Source of the DNA: Paraphysomonas bandaiensis
Taxonomy: Eukaryota; Protista; Chrysophyceae
Length of the DNA stretch: 64,000 nt
Direction: 5' to 3'
Assembly: GCA_965644295.1 (NCBI GenBank)
Contig: CBFFRP010000288.1
Coordinates: forward strand, 372,001-436,000
A program made the translations under genes and the position numbers. The first letter of the stretch is position 1; every line of letters begins with the position of its first letter. Below the pieces are notes generated by a model that had not been told where the DNA came from, did not search any database, and saw only the letters and a list, made by a program, of their open reading frames with translations. Of the stretch, positions 24,556-37,504 are shown in pieces.

Positions 24556-25440
24556 TTACACATCACGCACTTCATATGATACGCGTACATTTTGTTTCTT
24601 CTTTTTAATTCGAGTTATAATAACATTTCCAAGCTCTCTCGTGCTGCCAATATGGGTCCCTCCGCATGGTCCGGCAAAACCAGCCACATTGGCCACTCTG
24701 ACGGTATCTGGGTAAGCCGCCGTGTCACACCCACACGCAATAGCTGCATCTGCTTTCGTCATCATTGTGCATTCAGTAGGGATATCTTCGGCTATTATGT
24801 TGCGTAGTGCTTCGTTTAACTGTTCAGGAAGGGCTTTCAGCTCGTCCTCACCAAGGGATCCAACGTACTCAACGTAGGGATTGTCTGGAAAATGATAACC
24901 CTTTCCGGATCTAAATCTATCCCATAATCCTAGTCTCCTAACAGCAGCATCGATAGCATGTCCGGCGGAGTGGAGGCGCATATGGAGGTGGCGGGTTGGT
25001 GCATCAACCTCCTGTTTAACAGTGCTTCCAGGCTCAAATCGCACATTTTCGCTTGGGGACCCAATCAGTTCAACGCCGTTACTGCCATTCTGAACGAAAG
25101 CAACTTCGAAACGATCACCAGTTGCAGATAATACAGACCCCTTGTCAGAAGGCTGGCCACCACCTTGAGGATGAAATATAGTTTTGTCCAATACTAACTT
25201 GTGGGTCCCATGCTTCGATTCTTGTTCAAACTTTTCAAATAAAACAACATTCGCTTCTAACCGGCATAGCTTCGAATCTGCAAGGTACACCTTCCCATCG
25301 TACAGTAACATTGGTTGAGATTGGGGACTAGGTGCAGCCTCCACTGGTGCTACTCTCGTGCACTCACTCTTCACTTCTGTATTAGAGACTATATCAAGGA
25401 ACACCCCCCATTCATCAGCGGAAACGTAAGGCGTTGTCAT
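24556..25440 (-). CDS. alaX: AlaX-type misacylated-tRNA editing protein (intronless)
   Basis: TIFHPQGGGQPSDKG, HSAGH and CGGTH Zn-binding motifs. First in-frame ATG at 25440. Confidence 0.85.
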   Translation of the reverse strand: MTTPYVSADEWGVFLDIVSNTEVKSECTRVAPVEAAPSPQSQPMLLYDGKVYLADSKLCRLEANVVLFEKFEQESKHGTHKLVLDKTIFHPQGGGQPSDKGSVLSATGDRFEVAFVQNGSNGVELIGSPSENVRFEPGSTVKQEVDAPTRHLHMRLHSAGHAIDAAVRRLGLWDRFRSGKGYHFPDNPYVEYVGSLGEDELKALPEQLNEALRNIIAEDIPTECTMMTKADAAIACGCDTAAYPDTVRVANVAGFAGPCGGTHIGSTRELGNVIITRIKKKKQNVRVSYEVRDV

Positions 25441-25959
25441 GTCGATATCTTTCACTTGCAACTTGCAACTTGCAAAGAACTTGAAAGTCGTAATAATTGA
25501 TCATGCATAGAAGTCTCATAGCCGCAAATTTACAATTATTGAAAAAAATTACTATTCGATTTTGTCAATTTTGTAAAATAAAATATTGTAATTTTTAATC
25601 TCCTCTATACATGATATAACAATGGACTTCATATGGTGCTGGTGATGTCAAATTTATCGTCGACATGCTGCTGGTGACGTCAAGTGTCTCTACGAGATAC
25701 TAGTATAAAGATATCATGTACGACGTCAGCGATCGAACGTATGGGATTCAACTGTTCTCAACTATGTATTTTCACTATATAACAACCCACCCATTCCCAT
25801 CCCATACTGCCCCTCTCTGGAAACACGGATGTGAAGGTAAACGTTTTTCTCATAACTCTATATAGCATACTGTCATAAAGATCACAATTTAACAGATACA
25901 CTTGGCGATATCATCCCGCCAGTTGTTATTGACAATATCTTGTGCCTGTATACCAAACA

Positions 25960-26734
25960 ATGAAACGAAGTGGAAGTGGAAGTAGTGAAGAGAATTATGG
26001 TTACAAGAAGCTCCGTAGCGGCAAGTGGAGGTACTAAACTATCAACATATTATAAGATACATCTATCTAAATATTATCAATATTAGCCCTCAGGAGGAGC
26101 AGTTTGCTCGTAGTGTTATATCTGATTTCGAGAAAGGTGTTCTTGTCGATTGTACGAATGGGACTACACTCAGAGCCTACTTGTCGAGGAAGCTGCAGTG
26201 TTCCCCGATGAGAATCTCCAAAAAGTTTGCTGGAACCTCCATTGGAAAGGTTTGATATTAATGACTTTCACCTTTTAAAGTAAATTTATTGCGCAGCTTA
26301 CTTACCTATCCCGTCTGAACAATACGTCCTCACAACCTGTGCAAAACAGCCGCCGTGATATAACTTTGTCGACAGACATCAAGAATACAATTGTGCCAAA
26401 TCAATATGCAGCGCCCAGTAGAGGCCCAGGGGGAATAAATGTGAAAACAGAGGTTGTCTGTCCGCGAGAAAACTTTTCTCACCCTGAGCTTCAGCGCGAA
26501 TCTCGAGATATTTCCACCACTACGTCTCCCGCTGTATCATCAGCACACTGGCCCTTCGAATGTCCTACCCTGGACTACTACCGGGAGACGCTTCTCCCTT
26601 CTCCATCTTTCAGTTCCAATGGTGACATGTGGCCCCCTACGTGCTCGTCATGGTTTTGTGAGTTGGAGGGAGTATTCGATGATGAGCCTCACAGTTCTCC
26701 TTTTTCGGCCAGCAGTGATGATTTTGATTACTAG
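25960..26734 (+). CDS. Protein with Myb/SANT-like 'LRxGKW...MRISKKF' domain, 3 exons
   Basis: Spliced KLRSGKWSPQEEQFARSVISDFEKGVL...GTTLRAYLSRKLQCSPMRISKKFAG resembles a domain recalled from diatom and oomycete hypothetical proteins. Acidic, Pro/Ser-rich tail. Confidence 0.7.
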
Positions 26735-27392
26735 GTGCGTGTATGCTTTAACAATACTTATATTTTGTAAATTATCGTTGCTGTAGTGGATGAGTTACTG
26801 GGAACCATCTTCATGTTTGTGGTATTTGATTTCGTTTGTAATGCGAAGCGCTTTTTCAATTACCAGTTGAAATGTTTGATTTAGAAATATGAATCCTTTT
26901 TTATTTTTGATGAGATTGTGTTGTTACAGTTGTATTTTAATTTTCTTGTGTGGACATTTGACTATGTACCTTCTTTGAACTATTTAATTTGTTATATTAT
27001 GGTATTATCACAATTGTTACATAGATGTAGTTTTGTTCATTATTGTTATGTATAATTAATAAAATGTTGAATCATTTTTGAATTATTTGTATAGAAAGTT
27101 TTGAAGTTGCAAGACTAGAACATATGAATTCAAAAAATATTTGCACGCATTGCACAGCGAAGTTGGTGTGTAAAGTAAGTCCTTTCGCAAAGAGCGAGAG
27201 AGGAAGTTTGAGATATCATGTGTCTTCTGTAGTCATACAATTTGTTCAACCTGACTGTATTATTTCACATTAAACTTAAAAGTATTTTTGAATGTGATAC
27301 TCTTGAATTTCTAGATATTGTTCAGCCACAATGTGGATACTGTCATTGCTTATAGTCATTAGGACCATTAATAGTAATGTATATATGTATAT

Positions 27393-27521
27393 CAGGGCCT
27401 AGTAACCATTAATGGGCCGTTAAAGGTAATGCCATTATAATTGCCAATTGCCGGGACTATTTTCATAAATGCCATTATAATTGCCGGGAAGTGGAATACC
27501 ATTAATGGTTACCAGGCCCTG
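27393..27521. mobile_element. 129-bp hAT MITE
   Basis: 23-bp TIRs CAGGGCCT(A/G)GTAACCATTAATGG, 8-bp TSD atgtatat/atatatat, and internal AATGCCATTATAATTGCC twice. Confidence 0.85.
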
Positions 27522-27622
27522 ATATATATTATAGACTTTAAGTTGAATTTTAAGTTTAGTTTAGTTAGTTGTGCAGGAATTTAAAGTTTAGTTCCTGCAC
27601 AACTAACTTCCTTTTCTCCGAA

Positions 27623-27716
27623 GCAAATCCATTCCTGATATTACGTGATACATGAGCGATTATACTGAGGATACTCTTACAAGTGTCATGCATCAAAGGT
27701 CTGGAAACAGCCAATA
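27623..27716 (-). pseudogene. Decayed copy of PHYHD1 exon 2 fragment
   Basis: 20-nt identity AAATCCATTCCTGATATTAC with ~28974-28993. Translates FPDL*MHDTC...ISGMDLL versus IPDFWTHETC...ISGMDLL. Confidence 0.7.
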
Positions 27717-28132
27717 TGATATATGATATATACTATATATTGTATATAGTATGCCTAACTATACTATCATGATAAGATTGTGGGTTAACAATAGTGATGA
27801 ATATAACTTATTTCCTAGTATATCATTATATCACATACATTCAAAGTTATACTATGGATGGACGGATTGTCTGCCTGTTTGTAGAACGCACAACAAGAAA
27901 GTACCTAATAATCAATACAAGTATACATTCTATGCTCACGATATCCTTTCATGCGGTGTATTTAAGTGAGAATATTGTTCTTCGCTATATTTCGCATGAA
28001 ATGGTTGCATTCGGTGGTAAATATTGGAAGCGTTCGTTGGAAACTACACGCTAGTTACTTTACTTAATATGCCATCAGACAACCAAAATATTCACAGAAA
28101 TACTACATAGCAAATAATTAAAACGCGCTAAG

Positions 28133-29159
28133 TCACACGAATTCGGTGATAGTATTGAACCGTGAGCCATCACGACGTTGTAGCCAGTTGTCTGACGGAT
28201 ACGTCACTCCTTCTGCCCCGTCCACGACGTGTATAGTGTAGGCATGCCTGGGTGCATCGGATGTGTTCTGTGCAGACCAATGCACCAGGGAATGGTGTAT
28301 GAGGACCAATGCTCCAGGCCCACATTCTAAAGGCACTCCACCTTCTGTGGAGTATGGCATGCTTTCGGTGGGAATGAATTCTGTGCCCACATCGGGAGGA
28401 TCTAATCGTTTAAATCGTCGGGATACGCCAGACTTGTGGGACCCAGGGACTGCCCACAGACACCCATTCTGCTGAGTGCAAGCATCAAGCGGCCACCAGA
28501 ATCCAAGTACAGACTGTGGCTCCGTATACAGGAATGTCCCATCTTGGTGAGGAGTCACCTCCCCACCGATATTAGCTTGCTTGAAAATATACATTGATTG
28601 GACCACAGTTGGGACCTGGGGCCCAGTTTAATGTCAACGTAACGCGAACTATTCATATATGACATACTTACTTTTATACCAAGCTCACGACAAATCGTCC
28701 CCACCCTACCCTCATATGATACTTTCTGAAAAGTCGGATTCAAATCATGTAGGGCATGGCCAATCTTATTGATACACTGATCCAAAGGCTGGACAGTTTC
28801 TCCATTTTCTCCAAATGCCTTTTCCTCCCAAAAATGTCTAATATATACATTACATATAATACATATCGATCGATATATCTCACCTAATTACATCGCCTGA
28901 TTCCAAAAAATATCGATCACGATTCACTCCCGCCATACCATCATTAGTAGTGAATATACTTCGACTCTTCAGTAAATCCATTCCTGATATTACATGAGAG
29001 ATTTCATTGCGAAGATTCTGGCATGTTTCATGTGTCCAAAAGTCTGGAATAAGTAAGTATCCTGTAGGGACATATGGATTCAGTCTGAGAGAGTGTTAAT
29101 TTGAGAGTTGTACCGTTATCATGAAATGATGAGATTTGTTCTTCGGTTAGGTATGGCAT
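28133..29159 (-). CDS. PHYHD1: Phytanoyl-CoA dioxygenase family protein (PHYHD1-like), 4 exons
   Basis: INKIGHALHD, QSMYIFK, GGEVTPHQD, NGCLW, and HWSAQN...R 2OG-Fe(II) motifs. Confidence 0.9.
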
Positions 29160-29504
29160 TGTTCTTATACTAAATATTGAGATAGTTAGAGTTAATGTTG
29201 TCTACATCATTTACCTCATTTCTATATATATATACCAGTGTACCTATACACAACATACCTACCTCCTACATACGTACCTACATACCTACCTACCTACCTA
29301 CCTACATACATACATACCTGTAGTCCATTGCTGCAGAATACGTAGCAATAGTCATAATCAAGTGTTACTTGAGTTGTTGTTTATATTAAAACACAGTGAG
29401 GTGGATTGATAGTTGCTGCAATGAATACCATTATACATCTTCAGTGATTAGTCCAATTCTACTCTTATTTTTCTTTACTACCATACTTCAATTTACCTGT
29501 AAAT

Positions 29505-30435
29505 ATGCAGTCAACTATCCAACATGCAACATATGAGTTTCCGTCTATACTCTGCGGGGAAGAAGTATTGGTTCCTATTAGAATCGACTTATGTCATAAA
29601 GGCGTTCGATATATAGATACATTTACATGGAACTTATTTGATTCACTGATGACACCAGATGAATTTGCTTGGAAGTCATGTGCTGATTTAAATATTCCAT
29701 GTACTCTACACCGTAAGTTTGCGGGGCAGATACAAGAGCAGATAGACGCCTATCATATGCTTATATCGATACTTGAGAATGCCGAAAACATCGATCTTAT
29801 CTGTGCTCATATTAAATCACATGCTGCGGAAATATCCATACGGCATAATGTTGTGGATTATACGGATAAGTTTCAGTGGGATCCGTGCTCTTCTATTGCG
29901 ACTCCAGAGGAATACGCACGTACAACTTGTGCGGATGTTGGTCTTCCACCTGAGATGGAGCCATCCTTATCTTACCATCTAAGAGAGTCTTGCATCAGGT
30001 AAGATGATATCCAATATGTTGATCTTATGGTCATGCTCATGGCTGTAGAGCTCTGTTAAAGAGCATGGACGAATCTGGCCTTCTGTCGAAACCCTCATCG
30101 ATCGGCAACATAGGTAACATGAGGCTCAATATTCCTTTTTGTATAATGATAAATATAAATGTGTAGTGTCAAGTATTAGCTTAGATATGATACCCAGCCG
30201 CAAGGCTGTCGACATGCTCACCAACCTATGGAAAGACGGCAAGCCCAGCTCAACGGAAGCCGAGGTATGTTTCATGCAAGTTACAATTTAGCGCCGTATT
30301 TGTTTTGCATATTGCCAATAATATGTGTGATTTTCGCTAACTTCTTCTTGTTGGCGTACACGACAGGACGGAAACCCTCACCCAACTCTACCTCCAGACC
30401 CGTTCTCAAATGCGGCTGCGTGGTCCACGAACTAA
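29505..30435 (+). CDS. SNF5: SNF5/SMARCB1-family chromatin-remodelling subunit, 4 exons
   Basis: LVPIRIDL...DTFTWN...TPDEFA...CADL, and second repeat DKFQWD...TPEEYARTTCADVGL. Confidence 0.85.
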
Positions 30436-31398
30436 CAGCCTTCTATATACATTCGTCGTTTTCACACATATTGCACACATACAATGTCTAAGTGTACTTA
30501 AGTACTCGATTTTCATGCTGTTAACTAATATAATTCTCGAGATATGGATGCATTTGAATGTTAAGATATTCTTCAGTTGCGCACATTCTCCATATAGAGT
30601 ACAAAGTACAACCATATGATATGAACTGCTACACCAGTTACCATGTAGGCACAAATATTATATATGTTGCTTCTTTGACTAAAAACGATCAGTACTTAGG
30701 GTTCAATTATTGAACTGACTAAATATTAGTGCTAACTAATAACTAAATGATAAACACTATTCGGGTCTTACCATTCTTGAGCGTGAAGATGGCAAGATTA
30801 AACTACACACTACACCTTTGGCATATGCTCAAAAGTAAAATCTAAATAGTGTTTTAGGTCACCCATGTCATACATCGTCTGTTGGGTTCTAATGCATTGA
30901 CTACCTCTTCAATGTGGCTTAGAACAATTATGTCATCGACATATACAAGTATGATAACTAAGTTCTCTTGTAAATAAATAGACTTTGATCAAGCATACAC
31001 TGCTGGTATCTCATCACTCTGATACTGTCCTGATATGTGGAATGTGGAGTGCTAGTGTCTGAGTGCCTGCTTCAAGTAACATCCCGTTGGAATGTTGGAA
31101 AGTCTATTCCTGTGGGAGGGGATATATATATAATATATATCCAGGTCGAAATATGGAAATGCTGTTTCCACATCCAATTGGCGGAGTTGCAAATTGTACC
31201 ACAATATACGCTGTTCTCCATTTTTCAATAGGTCAGCAATTATTCGTCGCAGGGTATAAAGAGAATTCATTCCGCTCAAACGTAGAAATACTATTATGAT
31301 CATCGCTAGTAATACTGTCCGTTATATCAAACGTGCTCATAAAATAAAAAAGATATCGCACATAATACCTATTCTGATTATTTAGTATATATATCTGG

Positions 31399-32403
31399 CT
31401 ACGGTAGAGTACAGTATCTTCCAACTATAACGTCGTTCTTAGGTGAACATGTTAATGGTCGCAGAGAAGTTAGTCTGCAACAGTAAAATCCCTCCATTTC
31501 TTGACTGCACACATTCATAGCTCTATCAAAGTCAATAACTCTCATGCATCTCTTCGCTAAAATGAAAGTGACCTCTGCATTTTCGTATGCATGCTCGGTG
31601 TCGTCAAATGAACTACAATAATCAGCCCCGGAAACAATAGTTTGAAAGACAGTAGGGTCTTCTGAAGAAAACGATCGAAATGATGTGAATGGCTCACTTA
31701 CGGTAGTATCTAACGCGGCGGATGGGGAGTCAATATCATCCCATTTAGGGGGCGGCTTGGTTAGCTGGCCGTAACAGCATGGCGTTATTACGAATGAAGC
31801 CCGGGCTGAGACACATATATCGAGCGCCATATCAGTCAACTGTCCACAACTATGCAAACTAACACCTAAGTCGAAACCAGAGTACTCTACTAATAGATCC
31901 CGAGCATCATTTCGGTAGACCTGTACATTGGTCATTCCACACTCTGCAATTCTATTTAACGCCACATTGACACTGTACTCCTTTCGTTCAAGTAATATCA
32001 CTTCACTATGAGGGTTTCTATATGCTAACAGAAGACCAAGGTGTCCCGACCCCGCCCCAAAGTCTACTATTCTAGGGTGTGAACTGTCCCTGTGTGACAA
32101 TTCAGTTTCGACGAGCTCCACAAGACTTTCAACTTGTTGTCTTTTTCTCTTTGTTCTTAACTCTTGAAGCTCTCCTGCAGCTGGATCTAAACATCTTGGT
32201 ATCACTTCCCAGTTAATGATGAACTGTGATGTATCCCTTGTATCACTTGGAGTGTGTTGGTCGTTCCCTGTGAACCATTTGGAGTCTTCTATACATGTAA
32301 CAGGGCTGCAGATATCACACTCTATGCAGCTTTCTACACGCTCAAGAGCACCACTCAGTTGTTTTAGTTTCTTATCTCTTTTGCTCTCATATCTCTTCCT
32401 CAT
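31399..32403 (-). CDS. GSTCD-like SAM methyltransferase (Methyltransf_32); start uncertain
   Basis: LDPAAGEL...RKRQQVESL, IVDFGAGSGHLG, GVSLHSCGQLTD, PCCYG and CSPKND motifs. Confidence 0.85.
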   Translation of the reverse strand: MRKRYESKRDKKLKQLSGALERVESCIECDICSPVTCIEDSKWFTGNDQHTPSDTRDTSQFIINWEVIPRCLDPAAGELQELRTKRKRQQVESLVELVETELSHRDSSHPRIVDFGAGSGHLGLLLAYRNPHSEVILLERKEYSVNVALNRIAECGMTNVQVYRNDARDLLVEYSGFDLGVSLHSCGQLTDMALDICVSARASFVITPCCYGQLTKPPPKWDDIDSPSAALDTTVSEPFTSFRSFSSEDPTVFQTIVSGADYCSSFDDTEHAYENAEVTFILAKRCMRVIDFDRAMNVCSQEMEGFYCCRLTSLRPLTCSPKNDVIVGRYCTLP

Positions 32404-32815
32404 GATATATACGATGAAACCAGAAAACAAGTTGTATTGATGTGTATATTATATAGTTACATAGCACCATATATAGTTATATTACCAGGAGCACTGCACA
32501 GTACACAGCAGTACATTGTACACTGGTACACAGTACACTGGTACACAGTCATTCAATACTCCAGTATGCCTGATATCGTACTCACAACACACACAATTCC
32601 TAACCAATAAAACAAGAATATATCACCTATCGAACAATTGATTCGTCCATATAAACTATTTGAGCTTCCCCTATAAAATATACGTCACAACTATAGTAAG
32701 AAGAGTATATACATACATACATTAACACATCCATAGATCGTGTAGATATTATAGAGGTAGATTACACCATTAAGACATTGTAAACATTAAGATATATTCA
32801 TTCTATTATCTTATA

Positions 32816-33866
32816 ATGAGAATCTTATTAAAAAGAGGGACAAGGGATAGCATCATATCTGTTACACATCAATTGGAGAGACGCAGTATATCATATGCTT
32901 CTTCTTATGATATTATGAAGAAGAAGTTGGTGGTGTTTGGTGGAAATGGATATGTTGGACAACATGTATGTCGCAGTATGTTAGATATGAATTATGAGGT
33001 TGTATCCATCAGCCGATCTGGCCAACCTCCTAATAAAGTATCGCACTCACCGAATTGGACCGATAAGGTGAAGTTCGTAAGTGCAGATGTTCTAAACACA
33101 CCCATCTCTGACTGGGAAAGTAATTTGCACGGTGTTGACGGAGTGGTAAGCTGTATAGGAGCGTTTGGGAGCAATGAGGTTTTCATCTCAATTCATCATT
33201 ACAAGATGTCTGACATTTTGTCTAGTATATGGAAAAAATTAATGGAGATTCTAACGCTGCTATAGCATCCGCATGTAAAAACACAGGTTAGTAATCTAGA
33301 TGTGCGTAGTTTGTATGACTAGTGATGCAGGAGTCAATAACTTCGTGTACGTATCTGCGGCTGATAACTCGATGCCAGAATTTTTCTTAAAAGGGTGTGT
33401 TCTGACTATTTTATATGAGCACCACATTGTTGATAATAATTCCACGCGCAGGTACTTTAAAGGAAAGGCGAAAGCAGAGAAAGCAGCGTGTGATATGTTC
33501 TCTCAACGAGCGACTATTCTTCGCCCTGGCTTTATTTACGGTCGCAGACAGGTCGGCTCAATCGAATTACCGCTACAATTGGTTGGGAGGTAGGTTCATA
33601 AAAAATTACCTTAGCATGTAAAATTTATCACTAGACCGCTGGAGATTTTTCTGAATTACACTAGGCTAGAAAAAATGAGCCATTTGCCTGGAATGAGTGC
33701 TTTTTTGACTACTCCTGTTTCTGTGGAGGACGTAGGTCTCGTGGCAGCTGCTGCCGCATCCGGAATTGTACGTAATGATACTGTTGAGGAGAATATATGG
33801 GATGGAGCTAGAATTAAATTGGTAGCTGGCAACATACGAGAAAATGTACTGCCCTCTCTGTCCTGA
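32816..33866 (+). CDS. NAD(P)-binding atypical SDR (COQ11/YLR290C-like), 5 exons
   Basis: GGNGYVG, VVSCIGAFG, FVYVSAA, YFKGKAKAE and ILRPGFIYG motifs, with a presequence-like N-terminus. Confidence 0.85.
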
Positions 33867-34574
33867 AAATGATGACTTGGTGTAGCTACTATATTGGCAC
33901 ATAGATTTCTGTAATGGGTTCTATGACATACCGTTCTAGAGAATGTGGATGGGAACTGTGTGCGTTTTAAACATTGTTGATATACTAATTTTGATATTTA
34001 TGGGTTTCTTTAATAACTTTATACCTCTACTACATGTGTTTTTGCTGTCATATACTATCGGGCTACTCAAGCTCCAGCTATCAGCTATATCTACACAATA
34101 CTTGCATGACCCACACATGATTCCGCGAAGACTCGTTCATTTAGGGGGGAAGAGGGGCTAAACCAATTTCTTGCTTGGATTGCACAATTCTGGTGGCTCT
34201 CAGCCAAGATAGTGTGTGAACGCGTGGCAGGTGACGACTGTGTAGAATCACGGATAGTCGTAGCATTATATATAATTAAATATATTGTCAGAATTAAATA
34301 TATAATTACTCCAGTTGTTATGCATTATCACCTCATGTCATTATGAACATTTCGTATAACACTTTGATCGCCTATTTGTTGCATGAGAACGTTTACTACA
34401 TTTCTGTACGTTTACGTTGTAGTGTAAATGAACCAACGATACAATTATCAATTCAGTTTTTTATAACGTCGTAACAAACAACTCATATATGACAATAGCT
34501 TATACCTTAGAAATATATTGTGTCGTAGACTTATCTCCAAGTATGCCAATATATCTCTAAACTCTGAAAAGTTA

Positions 34575-35047
34575 TATATTGAAAGTTTTATTATTAGCAA
34601 TAGGCGTTAAAAACCGGCACCAACTTAGTAGCTAGTTGAATGCTAGACAAACTAGTTAGACCTCTACCTGTAACTAATCAGTACACACGCTACGGAAGCT
34701 GCTTGTGCGTCGCCGCAAGCACCAAGGTGCTACCACTTCCGCTCTGAGTTCTCAAGGTGAACATCCCGGATGCTTGACTTCAGCAGGCAGCCCAATACCC
34801 CGGTTTCCCTTCAGATGGGCCCATTCCCGGATGCCTGTTCATTCGTCAGGACCCAGAGACGTCTACACAAGTGACACTTACTGGTGTCCCTTGTACCACA
34901 CAAGCATTCGGCTATGAGTGGGCAGAAGAATATCTGCTGACTATGTTTGCGGCTCACGTTAGTTTCCCAGAAAGAATCTCTCCGGTACTTATCCCCCAAA
35001 ACACCACAAAAAGGTTCGAGTCTGACTTTGTTGAGGGCGAAAAGTTA
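34575..35047 (+). mobile_element. Repeat family A copy
   Basis: Starts TATATTGAAAGTTTTATTATTAGCAATAGGCGTTAA and is collinear with the other copies. Confidence 0.85.
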
Positions 35048-35481
35048 TGATTACAGCATTTTCAAAGATACAATTGAAAGAGACGATCTGCCAATACATC
35101 CATAGCTAAAATATGATCAGTGTACGCTAGAGCTAATCAATTTTTTGAGTGTCCTACATGTAGTCTTAAATAGAAAGCTTCGTACAAAGAATAGTACAAT
35201 AAAGGATTGCTTTGCATTGACAGTGAATAGTTAACTGCATTCACCCCGACATATATAAGCAAAAGATATTAGTATCTCAAGAAATAAGAAGACATTCATA
35301 TATTATTACAAGTACTAATGTAAACCGCTATATACACTTTTACGGCAGAACACTTTACAAAGACGGTTAGTAATGCTAAGCTTGCGATAATACAACTGAA
35401 CGAGTACTACAATATATAATAAGTACGATGCAAAGAACATAGGAAGTATCACTTCGAGTACAATGAGGAATAGAGTTCAGA

Positions 35482-36376
35482 CTAATACCCATGTCGGCTA
35501 TACGGTTTGGGTCCGGATAATTTCTGCATATGTAACTCCTTGGCTCTCCGTTCTACAATGCTACTTGTGATAGACTGCATCTCCTGTGGTCCCAGAGGAT
35601 AGCTACCAGTGCCAGCCCACACAACATTTGACCGCCCGGACTCATAGGTGAGCATATTTCGTACAGCTTGATGTTGAGATGCATCCTGAATTTAATGAAT
35701 ATAAGCGTAGTTACAAAAGTGACATCATATAGAATGTTAAAGTATACTCAGGAGTTTATACCTGAGCAAATTTCTGTTCCGGAGGGTCATCTGTGTGCCC
35801 AACGTACTTCGGTACACCGAAACAATCTCTATGTTCATATACAGCTCCAAATGATCGAACACCTGCCCTGCTACCACGATTACTGGAAGTTGGTGGCGGG
35901 CCAGCAGGATTCGATTTCGAAGAAGTAGTTAGTGGCACAGGAGGGCCACGTGGCATTGCTTCCCCCCTTTGAATTCTACTGTGCTGAACCCGGGATAATA
36001 CATCCCCAGCAATGCGGTGGTCGGTCCGGGAACCTACCGCAGTTAAAATATCCCCCGCAGGCCCCTCTACAACCATAGGGTCCGCCTCGCGTACACGCCC
36101 CATCTGTCCAGAGAGTTCCTGTACGGAAGGGGCAGCCCAAGGTTTTGTTTTAAACACATTTCTATCTGCAATCACCTTCGAGCCTCCACCTGTACGTACG
36201 CTACGAGCAGTTGAGCAGGAACTACCTCCCCCTATAGTATAAGAGGGAGTTGATTGCCAGTCACGATCAGTGCATAGCGTCTCTTCTGCTACTGGGGGTA
36301 ATGACACAGGTACAGGTCGAGAAGGTGCACAAGTCACCTGTGTTGTCGATCCTGTTATTTGCCGATGACGGCTCAT
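35482..36376 (-). CDS. Hypothetical Pro/Ser/Gly-rich protein, 2 exons
   Basis: 206-aa ORF. A GT-AG intron joins it in frame to exon DASQHQAVRN...KPYSRHGY*. Confidence 0.65.
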
Positions 36377-37504
36377 TTTATTATTACATCATTCGTCTGA
36401 GGTATATCTATATATATATATATGCCCACACTCAGATTGTACTGTGGCTGCTGATGTTTCCATACGATATGCTCCACTGTACAATGCAGCAGTTTTATAC
36501 AATTCTCAGCCTATCTCATAAAACCCCGGATTTTTGCGTATAATTTATGGAAATGGAGTTTATTCCATTATTCGACGACTAAAATTGTAGGAATTCCTTC
36601 GTACTGTATTTTGCTATGATAGATATGCGTAAGATTTGTTGCCACTTAAAGTTTTATTCAATGAAGGTGTATGTGATGGGATTCAGTGATATCATTATAC
36701 ATCGCCTTTAATGAACATCTAGTTTTGACCGGAGTGGTATAGGAAAGGAGTGTGTGTAGCTGTACTGTATGTGAAGAGGCCCTCTCTGACTATATATGAG
36801 GCCCGTACCTGTATATATATATATATAACTGAAACATCAACAAACAAGTGACCATATATCTATAGTTCAGTATAACACCCTTCTATTCTTTAAATCGGAT
36901 GATGTCTCATGTAATGTATGTCTCATTTAATAATGTCGAGTACTTATTGAATTTCATTGTTATATATATCGACTTAAGTTCTCGCACAGGGGATATCTTT
37001 ATTCCTTTCAGCTCTAGCCATGGTCTAAACAAAATAATTTGTTTATACGAGAATTGCTACGTTTGGTTACGGATTATATGCAACTTTTTGGATCTATGAT
37101 TTTATCCCCATCGCATTCCATGAACATGATCACATTTACTCTCTTCATTTGTACATGCACAGTTATAACCAGCTAACAAATACAAACACAAAATTAGAAA
37201 ACACGATAGTTCCCTCTTTCTAAACAAATCGCAGTGAAATTGATAATACTTCGTCGTATCGCTATATATCTGCGCCGACTTTCTTATTAAGTTTAGGAAT
37301 GACTATTTAGTGTGGTTGATGTGATCTGAAGTTAGACCATTGCTTGGTGCATATCGATTATGTAATTTTTCGAGACAATAGTCAAATTATTTATATTTAA
37401 AATACAGAATTAGCAATTGGTACTGATTAATTCTGTATATTAATAATTGGAAGCGTTGCAGCAAAATACGTTTTATACAACTAGACATTTGAAATTTAAA
37501 TTCA

